From an uncultured Granulicella sp. (GTDB lineage Bacteria > Acidobacteriota > Terriglobia > Terriglobales > Acidobacteriaceae), in assembly GCA_964658865.1 (NCBI GenBank), contig CBAAAH010000001.1, positions 1 to 56,098 of the forward strand: 56,098 nucleotides of DNA. Direction: 5' to 3'. Of the stretch, positions 29,396-38,607 are shown piece by piece (position 1 is the stretch's first letter; each line of letters begins with the position of its first letter). A program made the position numbers and the translations under genes. The notes under the pieces were generated by a model. That model saw nothing but the letters and a program-made list of their open reading frames with translations, did no database searches and was not told where the DNA came from.

Positions 29396-29611
29396 CGTAT
29401 TTCCTGTTACCGACGCGTAGCGGTACGTCATTGCCTTTCTTCAGGCTCTCCTCGTGATGAGCTTGCAGCCATCATCTTGACTCCTGCAACAGGAAGGCGC
29501 TGAAATCGTCTTTCGACCCGGCAGAAAAGATAGGACGCGGTATACTAGCGTGCTTTTTTCATTGTTCGCGTAGGATTGCGCCGCGACCGGGTTCGACTTC
29601 TGGGGTGCGCT

Positions 29612-30510
29612 TCAGCGGCGCCTCCTGCTCCGAAAATTCGACGCGGAGGTCAAAAATGCACGCATCAATGGGTTGATTCGCGCTGTCGACCATGCCACCA
29701 CCAAGTCGACCGATGCCGTACCTCCGGCGATTGGCACAACCGTGATCTCTTTGGAAGCCATAAAGCGTGACCCCTCCGGAATGATCGAGATACCTTCGCC
29801 GGCCTCGACCAGGGCCAGCACGCCAGAAGAGGCTGAAGCCGTCCCCACGATCATTGGCGAGAACCCAGCCTCCGTGCAAAGAGAAAGGATCTTGTCGAAG
29901 ACGACCAGCGAACCTCTCCGATCCACCATCACGAAACGCTCTTTCTCCAGAGAACGAATGGAAATCTCCCGTTCTTTTGCCGCGGGGTGTTCTTCGGCAG
30001 CACGGCATAGAGCGGTTCACTGTACACGTGTTTGGAACTCAACTGATCGTGCAAATGCGTGGGCAGCGGTCGCGTAAAGGCAATGTCGATGTCGCCGCTC
30101 AGCAACGCATCCACCTGCCGCACCGGCGTCATTTCGATCAGCGAGACATGTACATCCGCGTGGCGCTTGCGGAAATCCCGGATCACCCGGGGAAAGAAGC
30201 TGCCGTTTCCTCCAACGAAAAAGCCGATGGTTAAACGACCGATCTCGCCACGCAGCGACTGCCGCACCGCCTGCACGGCACGCTCGGCGGCCTGCAGGGT
30301 CGTCTGTGCACCGGTCAGAAATAACTCACCCTGCGAAGTCAGCCGGATTTGCCGCTGGCTGCGGTCAATCAGGGGCGCGCCGACCTCGCGCTCCAGATCG
30401 CGCATCTGTTCACTGATGGAAGACTGAGAAACATGCAGTGTTCGTGCCGCCCGACCAAAGCCTCCAGTCGAGGCAATCGTCACGAAATAGTGCAGGTGCC
30501 GAAGTTCCAT
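29612..30510 (-). pseudogene. LysR-family regulator split by a single-base frameshift
   Basis: HTH MELRHLHYF..AARTLHVSQSSISEQMRDLE. Adding one base near 29990 joins ...LYAVLPK to HPAAKEREISIRSLEKERFVMVDRRGS...LVEAGEGISIIP, giving a normal ~300 aa LTTR. Confidence 0.88.
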
Positions 30511-30533
30511 GGCTGCAGTGTAGCGCATACATG

Positions 30534-30550
30534 CATCGATAAAAACGATG
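30534..30550. promoter_or_regulatory. LysR-type binding site (T-N11-A dyad)
   Basis: CATCG-ATAAAAA-CGATG inverted repeat between the divergent lysR and RND genes. Confidence 0.65.
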
Positions 30551-30649
30551 GTTGCGTTCGGAAGAAACTGTGCTCACTATCGCCATGGAACGGGTTCTAA
30601 TAAATCAAGCGGCTTTTCCGATGGGTTTGGCTGCGCGGAGGCTCTGCCG

Positions 30650-33600
30650 ATGTGGATTGTGAAAATTGCGCTGAACCGGCCCTACACGTTCATCGTGCTG
30701 GCGTTGCTGATTCTTCTGCTCAGCCCGGTCATGATTCTGCGCACGCCGACAGACATCTTCCCGAACATCAATATCCCCGTTGTCGCGGTCGCATGGCAGT
30801 ACACCGGCCTCAATGCGGAAGAGATTGAAGGCCGCCTGACGACGCCTTATGAAAAGGCGCTCACCACGCTCGTCGACAACGTGCAACATATTGAGTCGAC
30901 CAGTTATAACGGCGTTTCGGTGGTCAAAATTTTCCTGCAGCCCACGGCCAGCCTCGACACGGCAAATGCACAGGTCACCGCCGCCTCGCAGTATCTCATT
31001 CGTCAGTTGCCGCCAGGCATTCTGCCTCCGGAGATCATTAACTTTTCCGCCTCCAGCGTGCCGATCCTGCAGCTCGGCGTGAGCGGCAAAGGCTTGAACG
31101 AACAGCAGCTCTCAGATCTTGCCACCAACACCGTTCGCCCCGCACTGGTTACTGTGCCTGGCGCCGTTTTGCCGCAGCCCTACGGTGGCAAACAGCCACA
31201 AATCTCCGTCAACATGGACCAGGCGAAGATGCAGTCCAAGGGCATCTCCCCAGGCGACCTGCTCGCCGCCATGACCGCACAGAATGTCGTCATGCCGTCG
31301 GGCACGGCAAAGATCGGCACCAGTGAATACGACGTGCGCACCAATGCCGCGCCGCGCACGATCGAAGAACTCAGCATGCTGCCGATCAAGCAGATCAACG
31401 GTGCGATGGTCTATGTGCGCGACGTCGCGACGGTCAGCGATGGCAACTCGTTCCAGACCAATATCGTGCGCCAGGACGGTCATCGCGGCGTGCTGATCAG
31501 CGTGCTGAAAAATGGCAATGCCTCCACGCTCGACGTGGTGAAAGGGATCCGCGAACTGCTGCCCAAAGTGGCGCAGCTTGCACCGGCCAACCTGCGCGTC
31601 ACGCCGCTCAGCGATCAAAGCATTTTCGTGCGGGCCGCTGTCTCCGGTGTCGTGCAAGAGGCCATCATCGCCGCCACGCTTACCGGCATCATGATTCTGC
31701 TTTTTCTCGGCAGTTGGCGCTCCACGCTCATCATCGCCATCTCCATTCCGCTGTCGATTCTCACGTCCGTGTTAGTCCTTGGCTTCATCGGTGAAACGAT
31801 CAACACCATGACGCTCGGCGGCCTTGCGCTCGCCGTCGGCATTCTGGTTGATGACGCGACCGTTACACTCGAAAACATCGAACGCTATCTGGAAGAAGGA
31901 TATCCGCTGCTGGACGCGATCCTCGACGGCGCCGCGCAGATCGCCGTTCCCGCGCTCGTTTCCACGCTTTGCATCTGCATCGTCTTCCTGCCCATGTTCT
32001 TTCTCAACGGCGTGGCAAAATACCTGTTCGCGCCGTTGGCAGAGGCCGTTATTTTCGCCATGATCGCGTCGTACATTCTGTCGCGAACACTGGTTCCCAC
32101 ACTCGCCATGTACCTGCTGCGCCACAAGAATACGGCTCCCTCGCGCAATCCGCTGGTCAACTTCCAACGTGCGTTTGAGCGTGGCTTTGAACGTGTCCGC
32201 GCCAGTTACCAGGTGCTGTTGACGCGTCTCGTTCTTCATCGCAAACTTTTCATTCCCATCTTTGTGGGGCTTTGCCTATGCGCCGGTATTCTCATTCCTT
32301 TCCTTGGCCAAGACTTTTTCCCCGCGACCGACTCCGGGGAATTCATCCTTCACGTGCGTGCCGCCACCGGAACCCGCATTGAAGAAACGGCAAAACTTGC
32401 AGACCTGGTCGAAGACTCCATTCGGCAAACGATCCCTGCGAAGGAAGTCAACAATATCCTCGACAATCTTGGCCTGCCGTACAGCGCGATGAACACCATG
32501 CACCTCACCAGCGGCCTGATCGGCCCGTCCGGTGGCGACATCATGGTGACGCTCAACGAGGACCACCATCCCACGGCCGACTATGTACGTGACCTGCGCG
32601 CCAAGCTGCCCCGCCAGTTTCCGGGTACCACCTTTTACTTCCTGCCCGCCGACATTACGACGCAGATTCTCAACTTCGGCCTGCCCGCGCCTATCGATGT
32701 GCAGATTCAGAGCAACGACACCGTCGCCAGCTCGGCCCAGGCAGCCCAACTGCTTGCGAAACTCAAAAATGTTCCCGGGCTAACCGATCTGCGCATCCAG
32801 CAGCCGCTGGATTACCCCACGCTTGAGGTTGGCGTCGAACGCACCAAGGCAGAGCAGGGCGGCTACACCACGCGCGACGTGGCTCAGAGCATGTTGAACA
32901 GTCTTAGCGGCTCCTTCCAGATCACGCCCATGTTCTTTCTCAACTGGAAGAATGGCGTGAACTATAACCTTGTTGCGCAAACGCCGCAGTACCGCATGGA
33001 TTCCCTGCAGGACCTGCAGAACATTCCCATCAACTCCGCCATCGCCGCGCCCCGCACCACGCCCGAACTGCTCAATGATCTCGCGACCATCAAACGTGGT
33101 CATGAAGCGGCGATCGTTTCGCACTACAACATTCGCCGCGTCATCGATGTCTACGGTGCGGTGCAGGGCAGAGACCTCGGTGCAGTCGCAGGTGATGTCG
33201 ACAGGATTGTCGCGCAGCAGCAACAGGCGATGCCGCACGGCATGTTCGTCAACGTTCGCGGACAGGCCGAAACCATGCGCGCATCCTACGTCGCGCTGCT
33301 TGGTGGCCTTGCCTTCGCCATCATCCTGGTCTACGCCCTCATCGTCGTCAACTTCCAGTCTTGGCTCGATCCGTTCATCATCATTACGGCACTGCCGGCG
33401 GCTCTTGCCGGCATCGTCCTCTTCCTCTTCCTCACCCATACCACGCTCAGCGTGCCCGCACTCATGGGCGCCATCATGTGCATGGGCGTTGCCACCGCAA
33501 ACAGTATCCTTGTCGTGTCCTTCGCGAAAGGCCGATATGAGGAGCATCACGATGCCATTCTTGCCGCCATCGAAGCCGGCGCAACGCGCTTTCGGCCTGT

Positions 33601-33829
33601 GGTCATGACCGCGCTCGCCATGATCATCGGCATGGTGCCCATGGCACTCGGCATGGGCGATGGTGGCGAGCAGAATGCGCCTCTCGGCCGCGCCGTCATC
33701 GGCGGCCTGCTCTGCGCTACGGTAGCGACGCTGGTCTTCGTGCCCACGGTATTCGCCTTGCTGCACAGCGGCAAGCCGAAGCAAAGCAGGGAAGCCGCAC
33801 TGCAGCAGCAGGAAGCCGCCCATGCCTAA
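30650..33829 (+). CDS. RND efflux permease (AcrB/AcrD/AcrF family)
   Basis: MWIVKIALNRPYTF, TDIFPNINIP, GILVDDATVTLENI, TRFRPVVMTALAMI. GGAGG RBS before ATG 30650. Confidence 0.95.
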   Translation: MWIVKIALNRPYTFIVLALLILLLSPVMILRTPTDIFPNINIPVVAVAWQYTGLNAEEIEGRLTTPYEKALTTLVDNVQHIESTSYNGVSVVKIFLQPTASLDTANAQVTAASQYLIRQLPPGILPPEIINFSASSVPILQLGVSGKGLNEQQLSDLATNTVRPALVTVPGAVLPQPYGGKQPQISVNMDQAKMQSKGISPGDLLAAMTAQNVVMPSGTAKIGTSEYDVRTNAAPRTIEELSMLPIKQINGAMVYVRDVATVSDGNSFQTNIVRQDGHRGVLISVLKNGNASTLDVVKGIRELLPKVAQLAPANLRVTPLSDQSIFVRAAVSGVVQEAIIAATLTGIMILLFLGSWRSTLIIAISIPLSILTSVLVLGFIGETINTMTLGGLALAVGILVDDATVTLENIERYLEEGYPLLDAILDGAAQIAVPALVSTLCICIVFLPMFFLNGVAKYLFAPLAEAVIFAMIASYILSRTLVPTLAMYLLRHKNTAPSRNPLVNFQRAFERGFERVRASYQVLLTRLVLHRKLFIPIFVGLCLCAGILIPFLGQDFFPATDSGEFILHVRAATGTRIEETAKLADLVEDSIRQTIPAKEVNNILDNLGLPYSAMNTMHLTSGLIGPSGGDIMVTLNEDHHPTADYVRDLRAKLPRQFPGTTFYFLPADITTQILNFGLPAPIDVQIQSNDTVASSAQAAQLLAKLKNVPGLTDLRIQQPLDYPTLEVGVERTKAEQGGYTTRDVAQSMLNSLSGSFQITPMFFLNWKNGVNYNLVAQTPQYRMDSLQDLQNIPINSAIAAPRTTPELLNDLATIKRGHEAAIVSHYNIRRVIDVYGAVQGRDLGAVAGDVDRIVAQQQQAMPHGMFVNVRGQAETMRASYVALLGGLAFAIILVYALIVVNFQSWLDPFIIITALPAALAGIVLFLFLTHTTLSVPALMGAIMCMGVATANSILVVSFAKGRYEEHHDAILAAIEAGATRFRPVVMTALAMIIGMVPMALGMGDGGEQNAPLGRAVIGGLLCATVATLVFVPTVFALLHSGKPKQSREAALQQQEAAHA

Positions 33830-35135
33830 CGAAATGTCGTTCACCACTTACCAGGAGAAAGCCTTGGATCAGCAGCAGCCGTACAACAACCTTGGCGAGC
33901 GGGACTACAACGAGAGCCACCCGGGAGCAGACGTGCAGGCTGCAGCGGAAGGCAGGCCGGAGCACCCGCACAGCACCACGCCGCAGGTGCCGGTCGACAC
34001 CACCTCTCGCCTTGGCCGCGGCCCCATGTTGCTGGTCGCTCTCGTCGCCCTCGTTCTGGCCGTCTTCATTGTTCTCGGCATCCTTCGCCGCAGCGCGGCA
34101 GAGCATTCGCTCAAGACGGAAACCGCCGCCGCCGCAGTGCCGAACGTCGCCGTTACCCGTCCTACCGGCGGTGCCGCCGCGCAGGAGATTCGCCTGCCCG
34201 CAGACACCCAGGCATTCACCGATACCGCAATCTACAGCCGCACAAACGGTTATCTGCTGAAGTGGTTTGCCGACATCGGCACCAATGTGCGCAAGGGCCA
34301 GCTTCTCGCCGTTGTGCAAACGCCAGAGGTCGACCAGCAGGTGCAGCAAGCGCAGGCCGACGTTTCCACCGCGAAGGCAAATGCGCAGCTCGCCTCCACC
34401 ACGAACGACCGCTGGAAGGCTCTCCTTGCTAAAAACGCCGTGAGCCGTCAGGAAGCCGACCAGACTGCATCCGACTTACTCGTCAAGCAGTCGGTATTGA
34501 ATGCGTCTGAAGCGAACTTCCGTCGCCTGCAACAGCTACAGTCCTTTGAGCGCATCTATGCGCCGTTTGACGGTGTCATCACCGCGCGCAATGTGGACGT
34601 GGGATCGCTTATCCAGGCTGGCGATAGCAACGCACCGCATTCCGAACTGTTCCACCTCAACTCAGTCGGCACGCTTCGCCTGTATGTGCCGGCGCCGGAA
34701 GTCTATGTGGGTGCCATTCACGATGGCGAGAAGGTCAAAGTTACCTCCGATGCCTACCCCGATGAAACCTTCATCGGCACCGTCGTGCGTAACGCCACGG
34801 CGATCGACACCATGTCACGCACGCTGAAGGTCGAGATCGATGTGCCGAATCTGTCCCATCACCTGCTGCCGGGACAGTACGCTTTTGTGCACCTGCCGAT
34901 TCCATCCGCCGCGTCGTCACTCACGTTGCCGTCCAACGTCATCCTCTTCCGTGCCGAAGGCCTGCGCGTCGGTGTCGTTCGCGACAATCGCGTTCGTCTC
35001 GTTCCGATCACAATCGGTCATGACTACGGTGCAACCGTGGAAATCACCTCGGGTCTTACCACCTCCGACCAGGTTATTCTCAATCCGTCCGACTCTCTCG
35101 CCGACGGTACGCAGGTCAACGTGGAGGGTCACTAA
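33822..35135 (+). CDS. RND periplasmic adaptor (membrane fusion protein)
   Basis: One TM, lipoyl-like IYSRTNGYL..GTNVRKGQLLA, IYAPFDGVITARNV. Confidence 0.93.
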   Translation: MPNEMSFTTYQEKALDQQQPYNNLGERDYNESHPGADVQAAAEGRPEHPHSTTPQVPVDTTSRLGRGPMLLVALVALVLAVFIVLGILRRSAAEHSLKTETAAAAVPNVAVTRPTGGAAAQEIRLPADTQAFTDTAIYSRTNGYLLKWFADIGTNVRKGQLLAVVQTPEVDQQVQQAQADVSTAKANAQLASTTNDRWKALLAKNAVSRQEADQTASDLLVKQSVLNASEANFRRLQQLQSFERIYAPFDGVITARNVDVGSLIQAGDSNAPHSELFHLNSVGTLRLYVPAPEVYVGAIHDGEKVKVTSDAYPDETFIGTVVRNATAIDTMSRTLKVEIDVPNLSHHLLPGQYAFVHLPIPSAASSLTLPSNVILFRAEGLRVGVVRDNRVRLVPITIGHDYGATVEITSGLTTSDQVILNPSDSLADGTQVNVEGH

Positions 35136-36604
35136 TGTCGCGTCATTCCTGTGCCGCCTTTCTCTGCGCCACCGTTGCGGCGGTGGTACTTTCCGGCTGC
35201 AAGGTCGGGCCGAATTACAAGACACCGGCCGCCGTCATGGCCCCCAATATCGCCACGTTTAAAGAAGCCCCACCACCCGGTTTTGAAGGCTGGAAGGTGG
35301 GTGAGCCCGCGGACACCAAGCTGAAAGGCGATTGGTGGATCGCGTTCGGCGACCCTCAGTTGAATGACCTGGAACCGCAGGTCAGCATCGCCAACCAGAC
35401 GCTCATCGCGGCCGAGGCAAACTTCCGTGCGGCCCGCGCACAGATCGGTTATCAGCGCTCGTTTGAGGCACCCACCATCAGTACCGCACCGTTTGCCGGA
35501 TCTGTGCGTACCTCGGCCAACCAGCCGTATTTCAATCGGACGCTCGCCAACAACGGCGTCGGCAGCTTCACTCTGCCGGTTGACCTCAGCTACGAAATCG
35601 ATCTGTGGGGCCGCATCCGTCGCGGCGTGACGCAGGCCCGCGCCAACGCCCAGGCCGCCGATGCCGATCTCGAAAACGCCCGCCTCAGCCTGCACGCCGA
35701 ACTCGCCATGGACTACTTCAACCTGCGCAGCGCCGATGCGCAGGAGACCCTGCTCGACAGCACCATCAAGGTCTACGAACAGGCGCTGCAACTCGTGCGG
35801 GACCGCTACGACGGCGGCGTCGCACCGCTCTCTGACGTGGCGCAAAGCCGCACCCAACTGGAACAGGCCCGGGTTCAGCGCACCGACCTTGAAGTGCAGC
35901 GCGCGCAGTACGAGCACGCGATCGCTGTGCTCATCGGCAAGCCGCCCGCCGCGCTCACCATTCCTCCCACGTCGCTACGGCTCAAAGCCCCAGACCTGCC
36001 CAACGTTCCCGGTCTGCTGCCTGCAACCCTGCTCGAGCGCCGCCCCGACATCGCCGGCCAGGAGCGCCGCATGGCCGCTGCCAACGAAAGCATCGGCATC
36101 GCGCAGGCTGCCTACTACCCCACACTTTCGCTTAGCGCGCAGGGCGGTTTCTCCGGCACCAGCCTGCTGAATATTTTTAGCTTTCCCAGCCGCTTCTTCG
36201 CGGTCGGCCCGACGCTGTCGCAGACCATCTTTGACTACGGCCGCCGTCGCGCCGTCACGGATATCGCCCGCGACCAGTACGACGAAACCCTCGCCGACTA
36301 CCGTGAGACCACGCTCGAAGCCTTCCAGCAGGTCGAAGACAATCTCGCAGCCCTTCGCGTCCTGAGCACCGAAGCCGACCAGCAACGCGCGGCCACCGGC
36401 TCCGCACAACAATCGCTCGATCTCTTCAACATCCGCTACCAAGGCGGCGTCGACACCTACCTGCAGGTTGTCACGTGGCAAACCGCCCTGCTTAATAACC
36501 AGCGCAACGAGATCATGCTGATGCAGCGCCGTCTCGACGCAACCGTCCTCCTCATCAAGGCCGTCGGCGGCGGATGGGACACGACCCAGTTACCCAAGGT
36601 ATGA
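35135..36604 (+). CDS. Outer-membrane efflux lipoprotein (NodT/OprM family)
   Basis: Lipobox LSGC-KVGPNY, SYEIDLWGRIRR, LLERRPDIA, LIKAVGGGW. Confidence 0.94.
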   Translation: MSRHSCAAFLCATVAAVVLSGCKVGPNYKTPAAVMAPNIATFKEAPPPGFEGWKVGEPADTKLKGDWWIAFGDPQLNDLEPQVSIANQTLIAAEANFRAARAQIGYQRSFEAPTISTAPFAGSVRTSANQPYFNRTLANNGVGSFTLPVDLSYEIDLWGRIRRGVTQARANAQAADADLENARLSLHAELAMDYFNLRSADAQETLLDSTIKVYEQALQLVRDRYDGGVAPLSDVAQSRTQLEQARVQRTDLEVQRAQYEHAIAVLIGKPPAALTIPPTSLRLKAPDLPNVPGLLPATLLERRPDIAGQERRMAAANESIGIAQAAYYPTLSLSAQGGFSGTSLLNIFSFPSRFFAVGPTLSQTIFDYGRRRAVTDIARDQYDETLADYRETTLEAFQQVEDNLAALRVLSTEADQQRAATGSAQQSLDLFNIRYQGGVDTYLQVVTWQTALLNNQRNEIMLMQRRLDATVLLIKAVGGGWDTTQLPKV

Positions 36605-36631
36605 GTCGCAGTACTCGGTATGACTTCAGAG

Positions 36632-36662
36632 AGGGTTGCCATTCACGTGCAACCCTTTTTTT
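36632..36662 (+). terminator. Rho-independent terminator of the RND operon
   Basis: AGGGTTGC-loop-GCAACCCT followed by a T-run. Confidence 0.8.
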
Positions 36663-36818
36663 GCGACAACCGGCAAGGACGAGGCACGCACGGAGGGAAG
36701 CGGCAGAAAGCTTGCGGAGCACCGGGGAATCGGTAGCTGAGGGTCGTTCGCTCCGGGGTAGCCCTGTCGTCGCGCAACGTATCAACATTCTGCTGCATAG
36801 AATGTGAATTTTGCCCGC

Positions 36819-38153
36819 TCAGTTCCGAATGCGCGCGCCCAGCACAAACCCGAATAACCCCAGCAGCACCGTTCCCAATACCGTCTGCAGACTCGACAAC
36901 AGGATGCCAAGTTCTCCTTTTGGCCGCAGCGCTACCTCGCTCGTCCCTACTGTCGTCATTGAATCCAGGCTGAACAGGAGATAGTTCACCGGCGTGGAAA
37001 GGTGCGACGTCGCAAAGCCATCGCGCGGCTTCAGGCTGCCGGTCAGCCAGTACACTACGGCAAACGATATCAGAATGACGCCAAATGAACGTGCCACGCG
37101 CGCCAGGCTTTCACCATAGTCGCACAGCCACTCGGCCAGTGTGTCGCTCAGCCAGTGAACTCCCGAGATCGATGCGGCTCGCCACGCCCTTAAATCGAGG
37201 TGCGCCTTTGCGCGCAGCAGGTGCAGCCGCCGGCCCACACGCCGTTTGCGCAGGTAAGCCCAACTCGCGTCGTCGGAAAGTCCAAGCGAAAGAAAGTTCC
37301 GCTCCAGTACCACGTAGCTGTCGATCGCGCCCGCGAGATTTCCGGAAACTTCCTCGCCCACAAACCCGCCCAGTTGGTGCGCACGCATGCGTGTCCGTTC
37401 CAGCCATGCCCCAGCAAACGAAACTGCGGTCAGGTCACAGCCCGAGAGCGAAAGATTCGGCAGACTGGCCCCGGTAAGGTCCGCGCCCGAAAGGTTGGCA
37501 CCATCCAGCACCGCATCACGCAGGTTTGCATTTTCCAGTTGTGCACGCGACAGATCGGCCCGTCGCAGCGTCGCACCCGAGAGGTCGGCTCCCGGCAACT
37601 GTGTCTCAACCAGGCTGCTTTCGTCCAACCGTGCATTGCGAAACACGGCCCGATCCGCCGCCACCTGTCCCAACTTGGCACCCCAAAGGTCAGCGTCGGT
37701 AAAGTCTGCGCCTTCAAGCACGGCCCCCATGAAATTCGCGAACCGCAACTGTGCCTTCACAAACAGGGCATCTTCCAGCATGCCATCCGCAAAGTTGGCT
37801 TCCCCTGCACTAACCGCGCTTAGATCGGCACCGACCAAATCGATGCGCTCAAGCGTTCCACCTTCCAACTGTGCACCACGTAACACCATCCCGCTGCCGC
37901 GCACGTCCAGAAGCACCGCATCGCGCAGGTCGGCGTCCGACAGATTGGCGGAACGCAGACTCGCGCCGGACAGACTACGGCCACTCAGATCGAGACCTGT
38001 TCCTGAGAACTTCCAAGTGGCTCCAGCGTCCTCAGACGCTACACGCTCCAACACTGTACCGCAGACATTTGCCCCATCGCACGCCGTCAGCACGGCATCG
38101 TTCTCTGCGGCAAAATGCAACAGCAAGCGAGTTGCGTCGGTTTCAGAGGGCAT
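36819..38153 (-). CDS. Pentapeptide-repeat protein fused to a C-terminal 2TM-pore (K+-channel-like) domain
   Basis: About 200 aa of A(D/N)Lxx repeats; then CDYGES, TM, pore helix YLLFSLDSMTTVGTSE, TM (LQTVLGTVLLGLFGFVLG). Confidence 0.85.
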   Translation of the reverse strand: MPSETDATRLLLHFAAENDAVLTACDGANVCGTVLERVASEDAGATWKFSGTGLDLSGRSLSGASLRSANLSDADLRDAVLLDVRGSGMVLRGAQLEGGTLERIDLVGADLSAVSAGEANFADGMLEDALFVKAQLRFANFMGAVLEGADFTDADLWGAKLGQVAADRAVFRNARLDESSLVETQLPGADLSGATLRRADLSRAQLENANLRDAVLDGANLSGADLTGASLPNLSLSGCDLTAVSFAGAWLERTRMRAHQLGGFVGEEVSGNLAGAIDSYVVLERNFLSLGLSDDASWAYLRKRRVGRRLHLLRAKAHLDLRAWRAASISGVHWLSDTLAEWLCDYGESLARVARSFGVILISFAVVYWLTGSLKPRDGFATSHLSTPVNYLLFSLDSMTTVGTSEVALRPKGELGILLSSLQTVLGTVLLGLFGFVLGARIRN

Positions 38154-38156
38154 CGG

Positions 38157-38537
38157 CTAAGCTTGGGCCGATGCTTTGGGACCAAGCAAAACTTCAATCT
38201 GCGAGAGTAATTGCGCAAACTGCACCGGCTTGGCGTGATAGTCGTTGCATCCGGCGTCCAGCGCTTTCTGCTTATCGCCCGACATCGCATGTGCGGTCAA
38301 CGCAATCATGGGAATGTCCGCAGTCACCGGGTCGGCTTTCAGTAGCCGCGCCACTGTCCATCCGTCCATGAGTGGCAGGTTCATATCGAGCAGCATCACA
38401 TCCGGGTGCAGTTCGCGCGCTTTCTCCAGGCCTTCCTGGCCGTCTTTTGCAATCGTGACCTCGAATCCTCGCCGCTGCAAGCGGCGAGACAGAAAGTCCC
38501 AAAGCTCTTCGTGATCTTCTACCAGCAGTAATCGCAT
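38157..38537 (-). CDS. Single-domain response regulator (DivK/CheY-like)
   Basis: LLVED, LLDMNLP, IALTAHAMSGD, YHAKP. Confidence 0.9.
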   Translation of the reverse strand: MRLLLVEDHEELWDFLSRRLQRRGFEVTIAKDGQEGLEKARELHPDVMLLDMNLPLMDGWTVARLLKADPVTADIPMIALTAHAMSGDKQKALDAGCNDYHAKPVQFAQLLSQIEVLLGPKASAQA

Positions 38538-38607
38538 CGTGCTTCAAACTCCAAATCTTCAGTTGACATCGAGAAAAGGGAAGACCTGAACCGGCGAGAC
38601 CGAAGTC

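Noticed and set aside
32780-33847. 355-aa minus-strand ORF, and similar shadows over cheB, the kinase and the pentapeptide gene
   Set aside because: Fully overlap well-supported genes on the opposite strand.
36663-36780. GC-rich spacer with short possible stems (GGAGC/GCTCC, ACCG/CGGT)
   Set aside because: No match to an RNA family I recognise; such stems are expected at this GC content.
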